A program made the translations under genes and the position numbers. A stretch of DNA of 64,000 nucleotides from a virus: the IMG/VR virus record IMGVR_UViG_3300028559_000035, positions 2,763 to 66,762 of that record, one strand, 5' to 3'. The stretch's first letter is position 1. Each line of letters begins with the position of its first letter. This document shows, piece after piece, positions 31,884-40,524 of the stretch. The notes beneath the pieces were generated by a model. The model was not told where the DNA came from. It searched no databases and worked only from the letters and a program-made list of their open reading frames with translations.

Positions 31884-32060
31884 ATGTATAGAACTATTGA
31901 AGAATTAGAATCTTTAAACTTTAAAGAACTTCCACAAGAAGAAAGACTTACTATTATGTTATCTATTATAGATAACCTTGATATCGATATTTCTCAATTC
32001 AAAAAATACTTTCTTAAAGAAGATATAGATATTCTTAAAAAAAGAAATAAATATTCTTAA
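31884..32060 (+). CDS. 58-aa hypothetical protein (not in ORF track)
   Basis: Manual translation MYRTIEELESLNF...NKYS. Confidence 0.45.
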   Translation: MYRTIEELESLNFKELPQEERLTIMLSIIDNLDIDISQFKKYFLKEDIDILKKRNKYS

Positions 32061-32143
32061 AATAAAATTTGGAAGTTTAAAAACTTTCTGTATATTTGTA
32101 ATATAAAATCAAAAGAGACATAAACTTTTTAATATATAAAGAA

Positions 32144-32245
32144 ATGAAAACATTAATAAACATATTAGTTAACCCTCAACCACAAGTTGTTGTCGATCAG
32201 GATCAAGATCCCGATACGAATGAGGCTAACTGCATGTTTATGTGA
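32144..32245 (+). CDS. Putative attenuator leader peptide (33 aa, PQPQVVVDQDQDPD)
   Basis: MKTLINILVNPQPQVVVDQDQDPDTNEANCMFM; lies between promoter boxes (32091, 32130) and a terminator. Confidence 0.7.
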   Translation: MKTLINILVNPQPQVVVDQDQDPDTNEANCMFM

Positions 32246-32268
32246 TGTGAAAACATTATAAAGAACTG

Positions 32269-32305
32269 AACCCAGTTAGTCTAAAAAAGATTAACTGGGT
32301 TTTTT
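32269..32305 (+). terminator. Intrinsic terminator (attenuator) upstream of tRNA-Asp/Pro/Pro
   Basis: AACCCAGTTAGTC-loop-GATTAACTGGGTT followed by a T run. Confidence 0.8.
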
Positions 32306-32314
32306 ATTTTATAT

Positions 32315-32386
32315 AGTTCGTGAGTATGTTGGTATAAATATCCGGCTGTCAACCGGAAGAAGCGGGTTCAATTCCCGTACGAACTG
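32315..32386 (+). tRNA. tRNA-Asp(GTC)
   Basis: TCCGG-CTGTCAA-CCGGA; T arm GCGGG-TTCAATT-CCCGT; G discriminator. Confidence 0.8.
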
Positions 32387-32444
32387 CGAGTGAGACTGTT
32401 ACTAATACATAGAAGGCTTGGGCCTTGCATAGAATTAGATTTTT

Positions 32445-32521
32445 CGAGTAGTGACTAAGGTTATAAGCACGGGAGCCCTGGAAGCTTCAGTTAACAGGTT
32501 CGATTCCTGTCTACTCGACCA
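32445..32521 (+). tRNA. tRNA-Pro(TGG), C33 variant, encoded CCA
   Basis: C1-G72, A73, CCA; GGAGC-CCTGGAA-GCTTC. Confidence 0.7.
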
Positions 32522-32525
32522 AATA

Positions 32526-32601
32526 CGAGATATTGTGGAGTCAGGTACCCCGCCTGGTTTGGGACCAGGAGAACTCGCAGGTTCGAATCCTACTATCTCG
32601 A
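32526..32601 (+). tRNA. tRNA-Pro(TGG)
   Basis: CCTGG-TTTGGGA-CCAGG; GTTCGAATCC; C1-G72, A73. Confidence 0.85.
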
Positions 32602-32652
32602 CTATAAATTTAGGGAAACCGACATTTTTAATATATAAAAATAAAATATCGT

Positions 32653-33174
32653 ATGAATTTAGAAGAAGAAATAAAAAATTGTTATAGTGTAACAGATTTT
32701 TGTAAACTATTAAACCTATCATCGGGTGGTGGTGGATTTAATAAAGCAAAAATGATAATTCAAGATAATAATCTGGATATATCTCATTTTAATAAAGGAT
32801 ACTTTAAAAGACAAAAGAATCCTAGAATTGAAAAGATTTGTCCAGTTTGTGGTGAAAATTTTGAAACAGTAACTTGGAGTAATAAAAAAGAAAAAACTAC
32901 ATGCTCAAAATCATGTGCTAATTCTTATTTTAGAAGTGGATTAAATAATCCTAACTGGAAAGATAATTCTTACAGAACTACTTGTTTCTATTACCACAAA
33001 AAAGAATGTGTAATATGTGGGGAGGAAAAAATTGTGGAAGTACATCATATGGATGAAAATCATATGAATAATAAACCAGAAAATTTAGTACCCTTATGTC
33101 CTACACATCATCAGTATTGGCATTCAAGATATAAAATAGAAATAGAAGAAAAGATAGATAATGAAATCATATAA
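32653..33174 (+). CDS. HNH homing endonuclease inside tRNA cluster
   Basis: CVICG...EVHHMDEN..NN..ENL..LCPTHH; CPVCG...CSKSC. Confidence 0.8.
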   Translation: MNLEEEIKNCYSVTDFCKLLNLSSGGGGFNKAKMIIQDNNLDISHFNKGYFKRQKNPRIEKICPVCGENFETVTWSNKKEKTTCSKSCANSYFRSGLNNPNWKDNSYRTTCFYYHKKECVICGEEKIVEVHHMDENHMNNKPENLVPLCPTHHQYWHSRYKIEIEEKIDNEII

Positions 33175-33973
33175 ACAATTTATTACAGAATCTAAAACAG
33201 ATATTGATTCTATTTGTAAAAAATATAATATAAAGAATTATATCATAAATGAAGATGGTTCAATTAATGTGGATGGAGATGTTGATTTTGATAGATATAA
33301 CTTAATTGAACTGCCATTAAAATTTGAAAAAGTTACTGGAGTATTTGATTGTGATAACAATAAATTAACTTCTTTGAAAGGTGCTCCTAAAGAAGTTGGT
33401 GGCACCTTCTATTGTAATAGAAATAAATTAACTTCACTAGAAGGTTGTCCAAAAAAGGTTGGTGGTGATTTTTATTGTAGTAATAATAAATTAACTTCTT
33501 TAGAAGGAGGTCCAGAAACTATTATAGGGGATCTTAATTGTGATAATAACATTATTAACTTTAGAGGAATACCTGAATTCTTTGAAGGTAATTTTTATTG
33601 TGCATTTAATGAATTAACTTCTTTAGAAGGTTGCCCAAAAAAAGTAAAGAATTTTGATTGTAATGATAATTTATTAAATTCACTAGTTGGATGTCCAGAA
33701 GAGGTTGGTGGTTATATTGATTGTAGAAATAATAGAATAATTGATTTTAGAGGTATATCTGAATTTTTTGAAGGTAAATTTTATTGTGGAGGTAATCCAA
33801 TATATGAGATTTATTCATTATTTGATGAGGATGTTAGATGTATTTGTCTAATTAATGAATTTGATGTTATTGACGGAGAGAAAGTTATCTTAGATCGATT
33901 AGAGGAAGTATTTCATCAATTAGGAATGGAAATTCCACAAAATATAAGATTTAGAAATTATGAAATCGTATAA
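33161..33973 (+). CDS. Leucine-rich-repeat protein (21-aa NNKLTSLEGCPKKVGGDFYC repeats), CTS-tagged
   Basis: Visible repeats; N-terminus MKSYKQFITES. Confidence 0.8.
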   Translation: MKSYKQFITESKTDIDSICKKYNIKNYIINEDGSINVDGDVDFDRYNLIELPLKFEKVTGVFDCDNNKLTSLKGAPKEVGGTFYCNRNKLTSLEGCPKKVGGDFYCSNNKLTSLEGGPETIIGDLNCDNNIINFRGIPEFFEGNFYCAFNELTSLEGCPKKVKNFDCNDNLLNSLVGCPEEVGGYIDCRNNRIIDFRGISEFFEGKFYCGGNPIYEIYSLFDEDVRCICLINEFDVIDGEKVILDRLEEVFHQLGMEIPQNIRFRNYEIV

Positions 33974-34598
33974 ACAATTTATTAAGGAATCTAAAACAGA
34001 TATTGATTTAATTTGCCAAGATTTTGATATAGAGAATTATACTATTAATCCAGATGAATCTATTGATGTTGATGATAATGTTTATTTAAATAATAGAAAT
34101 CTATCTAGTATTCCATTAAAATTTGGCAGGGTAAGTGGATATTTTAGTTGTTATAATAACAACTTAACTTCATTAGAAGGTTGTCCAGAAAAAGTAGGTG
34201 GTGATTTTTATTGTGATAGTAATGATTTAATTTCATTAAAGGGATGTCCAAAAAAAGTAAATGATTTTAATTGTAAAAATAATCAATTAACTTCATTAGA
34301 AGGTTGTCCAGAAGAGATTGGTGGTTATTTTGATTGCAGAAATAATAAAATATATGATTTTAGAGGGATATCTGAATTTTTCGATGGTACTTTTTATTGT
34401 GGAGATAATCCAATACAAGAAATTTATTCATTATTTGTCACCCAAGGACGTGAGGATGTTAGATGTATTCGACTAATTAATGAGTTTGATGTTATTGATG
34501 GAAAGAAAGTTATCTTAGATCGATTAGAAGACGTATTCCATCAATTAGGAATGGATGTACCAGAAAATATAGAATTTAATTATTATGAAATTATATAG
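33960..34598 (+). CDS. Leucine-rich-repeat protein paralog, CTS-tagged
   Basis: Same repeats and caps; MKSYKQFIKES. Confidence 0.8.
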   Translation: MKSYKQFIKESKTDIDLICQDFDIENYTINPDESIDVDDNVYLNNRNLSSIPLKFGRVSGYFSCYNNNLTSLEGCPEKVGGDFYCDSNDLISLKGCPKKVNDFNCKNNQLTSLEGCPEEIGGYFDCRNNKIYDFRGISEFFDGTFYCGDNPIQEIYSLFVTQGREDVRCIRLINEFDVIDGKKVILDRLEDVFHQLGMDVPENIEFNYYEII

Positions 34599-34670
34599 AT
34601 ATCTTGCCTGGATTCGAACCAGGATCTTTACTTTCAGAGAGTAAAATATTAGCCGTTATACGACAAGACA
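34599..34670 (-). tRNA. tRNA-Gln(CTG)
   Basis: TTACT-CTCTGAA-AGTAA; U1-A72; GGTTCGAATCC. Confidence 0.8.
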
Positions 34671-34678
34671 TTGTATTT

Positions 34679-34707
34679 TGTTATGGAAGTAGGATTCGAA
34701 CCTACAC
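34679..34707 (-). pseudogene. tRNA 3' fragment (T arm + 3' acceptor strand)
   Basis: GTAGG-TTCGAAT-CCTAC-TTCCATA with no matching 5' half. Confidence 0.5.
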
Positions 34708-34726
34708 TGTGCATCTTCAATGTTAG

Positions 34727-34799
34727 TTGGAAAAATAGGAATCGAACCTATATCTTCTGATCCAAGGTCAGAAATAATTTGCCATTATACTATTTTCCA
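34727..34799 (-). tRNA. tRNA-Gln(TTG), C33 variant
   Basis: TCTGA-CCTTGGA-TCAGA; acceptor TGGAAAA/TTTTCCA. Confidence 0.75.
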
Positions 34800-34806
34800 A
34801 AAGTTG

Positions 34807-34877
34807 TTTTCTCGTTTGGATTCAAACCAAAGATAAGGGGGCCAAAGACCCTTGTGTTATCGCTACACTACGAGAAA
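34807..34877 (-). tRNA. tRNA-Gln(TTG), slightly degenerate
   Basis: AGGGT-CTTTGGC-CCCCT; T loop TTTGAAT; acceptor TTTCTCG/CGAGAAA. Confidence 0.7.
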
Positions 34878-34879
34878 AT

Positions 34880-34913
34880 AAAAAACCCGAACCAATTAGA
34901 TTGATTCGGGTTT
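34880..34913 (-). terminator. Intrinsic terminator (attenuator) upstream of tRNA-Gln cluster
   Basis: AAACCCGAATCAAT-CTA-ATTGGTTCGGGTTT followed by a T run on - strand. Confidence 0.8.
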
Positions 34914-34942
34914 ATATGTTTTTAGACAAAACTATACCATTA

Positions 34943-34993
34943 TCAATCTGTTCGATTAATTTGTTGTTGTTGGTATTGAGTTGTTGTTGTCAT
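34943..34993 (-). CDS. Putative attenuator leader peptide MTTTTQYQQQQINRTD
   Basis: Five CAA codons; promoter boxes upstream (TATATTTG at 35029-35036 on - strand, AATATATA); terminator downstream. Confidence 0.75.
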   Translation of the reverse strand: MTTTTQYQQQQINRTD

Positions 34994-35044
34994 ATTCTTT
35001 ATATATATTTTATTTATTCCTTGTTTTACAAATATAGTAATTTT

Positions 35045-35386
35045 TTATTTTTTACCAAAACCTTTTTTAGGTTTATATTTTTGATTTTGTTCACTTCTCA
35101 TAGAAAGTTTAGATTTAATTTCATCAATAACATCTTTTTTGGTAGATTTTTCATCAATTTTAATATTAACTCCGTTAAATTCACCAGTAACAATCGATCT
35201 TTTACCAGCAACAAATTGTGCATAAGCAGCCACTTTATTATGTTGAACATCTTTAAAATGTTTTAACAATCTATCAACATATTTTTCAATACTTTCACCA
35301 CCCATTGCTTCCAAATTATACTCTAATTTTTCAGATTTAGTTTTTATTGAAACAGGCTTTATAAATCTACTAATAAATCTACTCAT
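35045..35386 (-). CDS. Basic hypothetical protein
   Basis: 113-aa ORF; late-type box upstream. Confidence 0.5.
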   Translation of the reverse strand: MSRFISRFIKPVSIKTKSEKLEYNLEAMGGESIEKYVDRLLKHFKDVQHNKVAAYAQFVAGKRSIVTGEFNGVNIKIDEKSTKKDVIDEIKSKLSMRSEQNQKYKPKKGFGKK

Positions 35387-35432
35387 TATTATATTATTTT
35401 TTATTATATATTAAAAATATATATTTATTTTG

Positions 35433-35522
35433 TCGAGATGACAGGATTCGAACCTGCATGTTCACTTTCGTTACTCTCCTGGTCCCAAACCAGGCCGGAA
35501 GCCAATTACCGATTACATCTCG
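35433..35522 (-). tRNA. tRNA-Pro(TGG) with long variable arm
   Basis: CCTGG-TTTGGGA-CCAGG; ~20-nt variable region AGAGTAACGAAAGTGAACAT; C1-G72, A73. Confidence 0.75.
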
Positions 35523-35592
35523 TCTTGTAGATTGATCATTACCAGTCCGACACTTTCGGCGGGTTAAGATTCCGAGACAATCTACTTTATTG

Positions 35593-35665
35593 CGGTCCAT
35601 ACCGGATTCGAACCGGCACCACACACCTTGACAGGGTGGCATTGTAACCATTCAACCAATGGACC
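35593..35665 (-). tRNA. tRNA-Asp(GTC)
   Basis: Loop CTGTCAA; GCCGG-TTCGAAT-CCGGT; G73. Confidence 0.85.
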
Positions 35666-35670
35666 TTTTG

Positions 35671-35744
35671 CGGATATGAAGGGATTCGAACCCTCGATCT
35701 CCTCCGTGACAGGGAGGCATGTTAGGCCACTACACCACACATCC
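35671..35744 (-). tRNA. tRNA-Asp(GTC)
   Basis: CCTCC-CTGTCAC-GGAGG; canonical cloverleaf; G73. Confidence 0.9.
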
Positions 35745-35750
35745 TTTTAG

Positions 35751-35839
35751 CGGATACACCTGGACTCGAACCAAGATCTACCCCAACACACTAGGGCCAC
35801 TCTACCAACGACGTTTTCGTCTAGTTAAGCTATATATCC
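35751..35839 (-). tRNA. Atypical tRNA-like RNA (identity undetermined)
   Basis: Acceptor GGATATA/TGTATCC; T arm CTTGG-TTCGAGT-CCAGG; D loop with inserted GACG-AAAA-CGTC hairpin; irregular anticodon loop AGTGTGTT. Confidence 0.55.
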
Positions 35840-36579
35840 TTTTTAAATCTTTTTATATAATAATTCTCAAATTTTATATTTTCTGCTGCCAACATACCTA
35901 ATTGATGAAATACTTCTTCAAGTCTATCCAAGATAACTTTTTTTCCATCTACAATAACATCAAACTCGTTAATCAATCGAATACATCTAACATCACTATA
36001 AAATAAATTAAATATTTCCCATATTGGATTACCCAGACAATAAAATTTACCATCAAAGAAATCTGATATTCCCTTAAAATTAGTAATTTTATTTGATAGA
36101 CAATAAAAATCTGTACCGATAATCTCTGGACATCCTACTAATGAAGTTAATTTATTACCACTACAATAAAAATCTCCACCCACCTTTTCTGGACCACCAT
36201 TTAGTGAAGTTAATTTATTACCACTACAATAAAAATCTCCACCCACCTTTTCTGGACCACCATTTAGTGAAGTTAATTTATTATTATGACATCCAAAATC
36301 ACCATTTACTAATTTTGGACATCCTTTAAGTGAAGTTAATTTATTATTAGAACAAAAAAAATTTCCACTAATTTTACTAAATTTTACTGGAATTTCTTTC
36401 AAAGAAGTATTTGATGCCTCCTTGGCGGTGTACGAAAATACAGGTTTTAAATAAACACTCCCATCTACGTCAATAGATCCATTATCATTTATGGTATAGT
36501 TATTAATATTAAACTTTGCACAAATTGGGTCTATTTTATATTTATGAAAAACACTTTTAAACTTTTTTAAATATTTCAT
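35830..36579 (-). CDS. Leucine-rich-repeat protein paralog
   Basis: Same 21-aa repeats and C-terminal DVRCIRLINEFDVI..KKVILDRLEEVFHQLGM cap. Confidence 0.8.
   Translation of the reverse strand: MKYLKKFKSVFHKYKIDPICAKFNINNYTINDNGSIDVDGSVYLKPVFSYTAKEASNTSLKEIPVKFSKISGNFFCSNNKLTSLKGCPKLVNGDFGCHNNKLTSLNGGPEKVGGDFYCSGNKLTSLNGGPEKVGGDFYCSGNKLTSLVGCPEIIGTDFYCLSNKITNFKGISDFFDGKFYCLGNPIWEIFNLFYSDVRCIRLINEFDVIVDGKKVILDRLEEVFHQLGMLAAENIKFENYYIKRFKKDI
36142..36283. repeat. Exact 63-bp tandem duplication (one LRR unit)
   Basis: Unit starting TGAAGTTAATTTATTACCACTAC at 36142 and 36205, partial third copy at 36268. Confidence 0.9.
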
Positions 36580-36601
36580 ATTTTATATATTATAAAAATT
36601 T

Positions 36602-37653
36602 TTGTATATTTATGAAATGAAGTATAATGATAGAGGAACAAAATTATTAACCTACAAACATAAAAATAAACAAGAAACCACAACAGATTTCTATGAAGTT
36701 TATCGAAACAAGATTGTTAAAAAATTTAGTAGAGAAGTTCTTATATCTGGTGTTGATCCAGAATGGTGGTCTCTTGTTAGCAAAGAAAAAAGATATTCAT
36801 TATGTCAAAATTATGAGTTTCATAAAACCTTTACATCTGGTGAAGAAGTAAATCTTAAAGATTATATAGAAAAAAATAAAAAAGGTCTTGTTGATATTTC
36901 AAAATTAAGAGAGTTGAAATTACGTAAATTATTAAAATAATGGAACAGATACTAAAAAATAAAATTCCTGGATTATTTAGGTTAATCTCTATTGATAAAA
37001 TACCTAATAGTGAACCTCTGGAGTGGAAATCTGGACAACATTTTATTAAATATGTAGAACTATCTTATAGAACAGATAAATCTCCTGTATTTTTTATCAA
37101 AAATACAATATTAGATTTAACAACAGAATATAGGGAACTTAATATTTCTAAAATATTAAGTTCCGATGATAAAATAAATTTTGAAGTAAATGAGTCATTC
37201 TATACAGAAGAACAAATTAAAAAAATAGAACTTCTAAGAAAAAATAGAAAATTAGAAAATTCTAATAGATGTATTTTACAAAATTGTAAAATTGAATGGT
37301 CTAATAAATTTAAACTAGGAGATAGAGTATATTATAAGGGTGATATAGGAATTATTACTTATAAACATAATATGAAATCTCCAGATTCTCCACAAGAATG
37401 GACTGTTAGATCTAATGGTGTTGAATATAGATATGTTAGTGGATCTTCATTGAAAATACACGAAAAAGTAGATTTATCATATATTGAAGTTGATAAAGAA
37501 TTAGATAAACTACCTACTTCAAAGCTTTTAAAGATGTATAAAAAATCATTAAAAGTAGGTAAAGGTGTGGGTAATAGAAGGATAAAAAGAGTTCTTTACG
37601 AAAGAGAAGATTTAACAAATAAAAATCCAAGTAAAATTGTAAATGTCAGATAA
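36602..37653 (+). CDS. Two hypothetical proteins with RExK-type motif (36602..36940, 36940..37653)
   Basis: LRELKLRKLLK; internal YRELNISKIL. Confidence 0.5.
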
Positions 37654-37667
37654 TAATATATAGTTAA

Positions 37668-38075
37668 ATGAAATATTTAAAACTATATAAAATATTTGAA
37701 TCTGATAATATAGAAGATCAATTAGATACTATTAAAGATATGTTTACTGATATAACTGATGGGTATAATATTGATTCTAATATTTATTATCATCAGGAGA
37801 GTACAACATATCTGAGCTCAACTGGTCCGGTTAGCAAGAAAACTGATTATATAGTTATTGATATTGATATTGATAAAAAAATTGGAAGTAAAGATATTAT
37901 TAGAAATTTATTAAAAGATATATTTTCATTCACTGATAGAGTCGTTTCACATTTCGGAGTTAAAGTTAACTACTGTTTGGGTGGTAATGAAATAATAAAT
38001 AAGGGAGATCATATTTTAAAAAATTGGCACAATTGGGAAGGTGAATACTTTCAAATATATTTTACACAAGAGTAA
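37668..38075 (+). CDS. CTS-tagged hypothetical protein (MKYLKLYKIFES)
   Basis: TAATATATA box just upstream. Confidence 0.55.
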   Translation: MKYLKLYKIFESDNIEDQLDTIKDMFTDITDGYNIDSNIYYHQESTTYLSSTGPVSKKTDYIVIDIDIDKKIGSKDIIRNLLKDIFSFTDRVVSHFGVKVNYCLGGNEIINKGDHILKNWHNWEGEYFQIYFTQE

Positions 38076-38358
38076 TGTCAGATAAAAGAAATAAATTAAT
38101 AGAAATTGGATTTAAGTCTATTAATCATTTTACCATCATGAATTCACTTACCTATGATTTAGGTAGAGGTAGGCTTTTATCGTTTGGTTCAATTGATACT
38201 CCAAATGAGATGCTTTTTCTTGAGCAAGTTGAAAATAATGAGATAACAGATTTAATATGTCTTAGAAACTATGATTATGATGGTTATACATCTATTCAAG
38301 ATATTTTAAACATAATTTCATTCTTTAAACAAAGTCGAATTGAACAAGTATAATATTC

Positions 38359-39015
38359 ATGGAATATTTCTTTTTTGATATTGAGACTGTTGGTAGCTAT
38401 GAAAACTTTGAACAATTTAAATTAAATGATCAAAAAGGATCAGAATTATTTGAAAGTAAGTATAATAAAATTTGGAAAGACCAATTTAGTATAGAAGAGG
38501 CTTATATAAATAATGCTGGGATAATATCAACTTATGGTAAAATAGTTTGTATTTCTTATGGATACATACAGAATGATGGTAACTTATTTATAAGAAGTAT
38601 CTATGATGATAATGAACAAGATATTATAACTAAATTTAATAAGGTGTTAGAAAAAGTTCAAACAAAAAGCTTTAATTTATCTGGATTTAGGGTTATGTAT
38701 TTTGACATTCCTTGGTTCTTACACAAATGTCACAAGTGGAGAATAAAACCTGCTGAGATAATTAGTACTTATAAGACTAAGCCTTGGGATATGAGAATAT
38801 CTGATTTAGCAGATGATTGGAAAGGAAAATTTGCATGGTCATATACTTTTGATGAAATGATCTATGAGTTAGACTTACAAAGCCCTAAAGATAAAATGTC
38901 AGGTTCAGATGTTCATCAAAAGTATTGGAGTGGTAATTTGAAAGATATTGTTGAATATTGTGAAAAAGATGTTATATCTTGTATCGAATCATCAAAAATT
39001 ATTTATAATTTATAA
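38359..39015 (+). CDS. DnaQ/PolB-like 3'-5' exonuclease
   Basis: FFDIET (ExoI), FDIPW (ExoII), YCEKDV (ExoIII). Confidence 0.8.
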   Translation: MEYFFFDIETVGSYENFEQFKLNDQKGSELFESKYNKIWKDQFSIEEAYINNAGIISTYGKIVCISYGYIQNDGNLFIRSIYDDNEQDIITKFNKVLEKVQTKSFNLSGFRVMYFDIPWFLHKCHKWRIKPAEIISTYKTKPWDMRISDLADDWKGKFAWSYTFDEMIYELDLQSPKDKMSGSDVHQKYWSGNLKDIVEYCEKDVISCIESSKIIYNL

Positions 39016-39056
39016 TTAATAATTTATCCGTATATTAGTCATATATATTTATCAAA

Positions 39057-39470
39057 ATGAATGTTATTTTTACTGATGTGGATGGTGTTTTAAATTCCAA
39101 TTTGCCTTTTAAGACAGATTGGAATCCCACTGCGATAGATATTTATAATAGGTTATGTAGAGAGTTTGATTTAAAACCTGTAATTTCTTCTACTTGGAGA
39201 ACAAATCATACTATTAAAGAACTTCAAAGAATTTTTGATTACTGGGGAATAGAAACTCCTATTTATGATTATACACCTATATTATATAATGAACCTCGTG
39301 GTGTAGAGATAGATACTTGGTTAAGAGAAAACTGGTGTAGTAAATGGGTAGTTATTGATGATAATGTGTCTGGTATAACTCCGTATGTTTTAAATGTTGT
39401 AAAATGTACAGGTTCAATAGGATTAACAGAGGAAGATTATATTACTATTTCGAATATTTTAAGAAAATGA
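39057..39470 (+). CDS. HAD domain protein (Swiss-army-knife RNA-repair-like)
   Basis: DVDGVLN, ISSTWR, RG.EI..WL, VIDD, GLT. Confidence 0.8.
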   Translation: MNVIFTDVDGVLNSNLPFKTDWNPTAIDIYNRLCREFDLKPVISSTWRTNHTIKELQRIFDYWGIETPIYDYTPILYNEPRGVEIDTWLRENWCSKWVVIDDNVSGITPYVLNVVKCTGSIGLTEEDYITISNILRK

Positions 39471-40515
39471 GTTTAATAGTTGATGTTGAAAAAATGCCTT
39501 ATTTATATAGTGATTTAGATGATAATGTATATAAAGTTTATAGGGTAATTTCTAATAATGATTATTTAAATAATTCTTTTATTTTAGTTGAATTAGGATA
39601 TAATACTTATGATTCATCTTATATCAAGAATTTTTTAGAAACCCAAAGTTTTATTGAAGGTGATCTTCATTTTCTTTATAATAAAAGAAGTAATGAAAAT
39701 ACTAAAGGATATAAAGATCTTATAAAATTATATAGAGAATTTAAATTAGATAAAGTATTAAAAAATGATTGATGATTTAAAAGAAGGAGATCCTGTTATT
39801 GTTTATAAACAAATATGGATGGATGATAAACCTAAAAAAGGTATAATAACTAAAATATTTTATGCGCCATTTAGTGTAGGCGGTAGTGTCTTAAATAACA
39901 CAAAAACATTAATATATCGAGTTTCTTTCTATAAAGATGGTAAATATATTTCGGGTTGTAATATATTCAAAAATCATGGTGAAACAATAGAATTAGATAT
40001 ACAAGAAATTAGAAATAATAAAATATGGAATATTTTAGATTAGAACCAAGTATTGCTCAAAATAATGAGCTAATTTCAATTATTTTAGAATTTTTTTCAA
40101 TTCATAGAATAGATTTTAAAATGTTCTTACAAAACCAAGAGGGAGAACACTACCATTTTATAGTAGAGGGAATTTGTATTAGAACAACATATGGTGGTAA
40201 AGGTGTTAGGGTTCAAGAAACAAAATTATATTCTAAAGCAGATAATAAAATTATTTACAATAAATTATTACAATGGTTTAAACCACATTTTAGAAATTGT
40301 AAAATTGAATCTTTATTAGATTAAATATGAAAGAAAAAATTGAATACGAGGATTATACAAGGGGATTTCTAGAAAGAATGATCGATAAGCACCGATGTAA
40401 AAAATGCGGTCATTTAGGTAAAATGATTATTATCACATATGATCCATTTGATATTATATGTGAGTCTTGTGAAAGAGATGAAAAAATAAATTCTATATTA
40501 GAAATACAAAATTAA
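39404..40515 (+). CDS. Run of four small proteins each ending in an RExK(I/L)xx(I/L)L tag
   Basis: YREFKLDKVL, IRNNKIWNIL, FRNCKIESLL, ERDEKINSIL. Confidence 0.5.
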
Positions 40516-40524
40516 AAATTAATT

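Noticed and set aside
32435-32722. ORFs 32435..32722 (-), 32451..32687 (+), 35394..35651 (-), 35719..35901 (+), 34901..35266 (+)
   Set aside because: They overlap tRNA genes, attenuators or real opposite-strand genes; spurious.
33161-36579. Diversity-generating retroelement acting on the LRR genes
   Set aside because: No reverse transcriptase in the window, and I could not find a template/variable repeat pair differing only at adenines.
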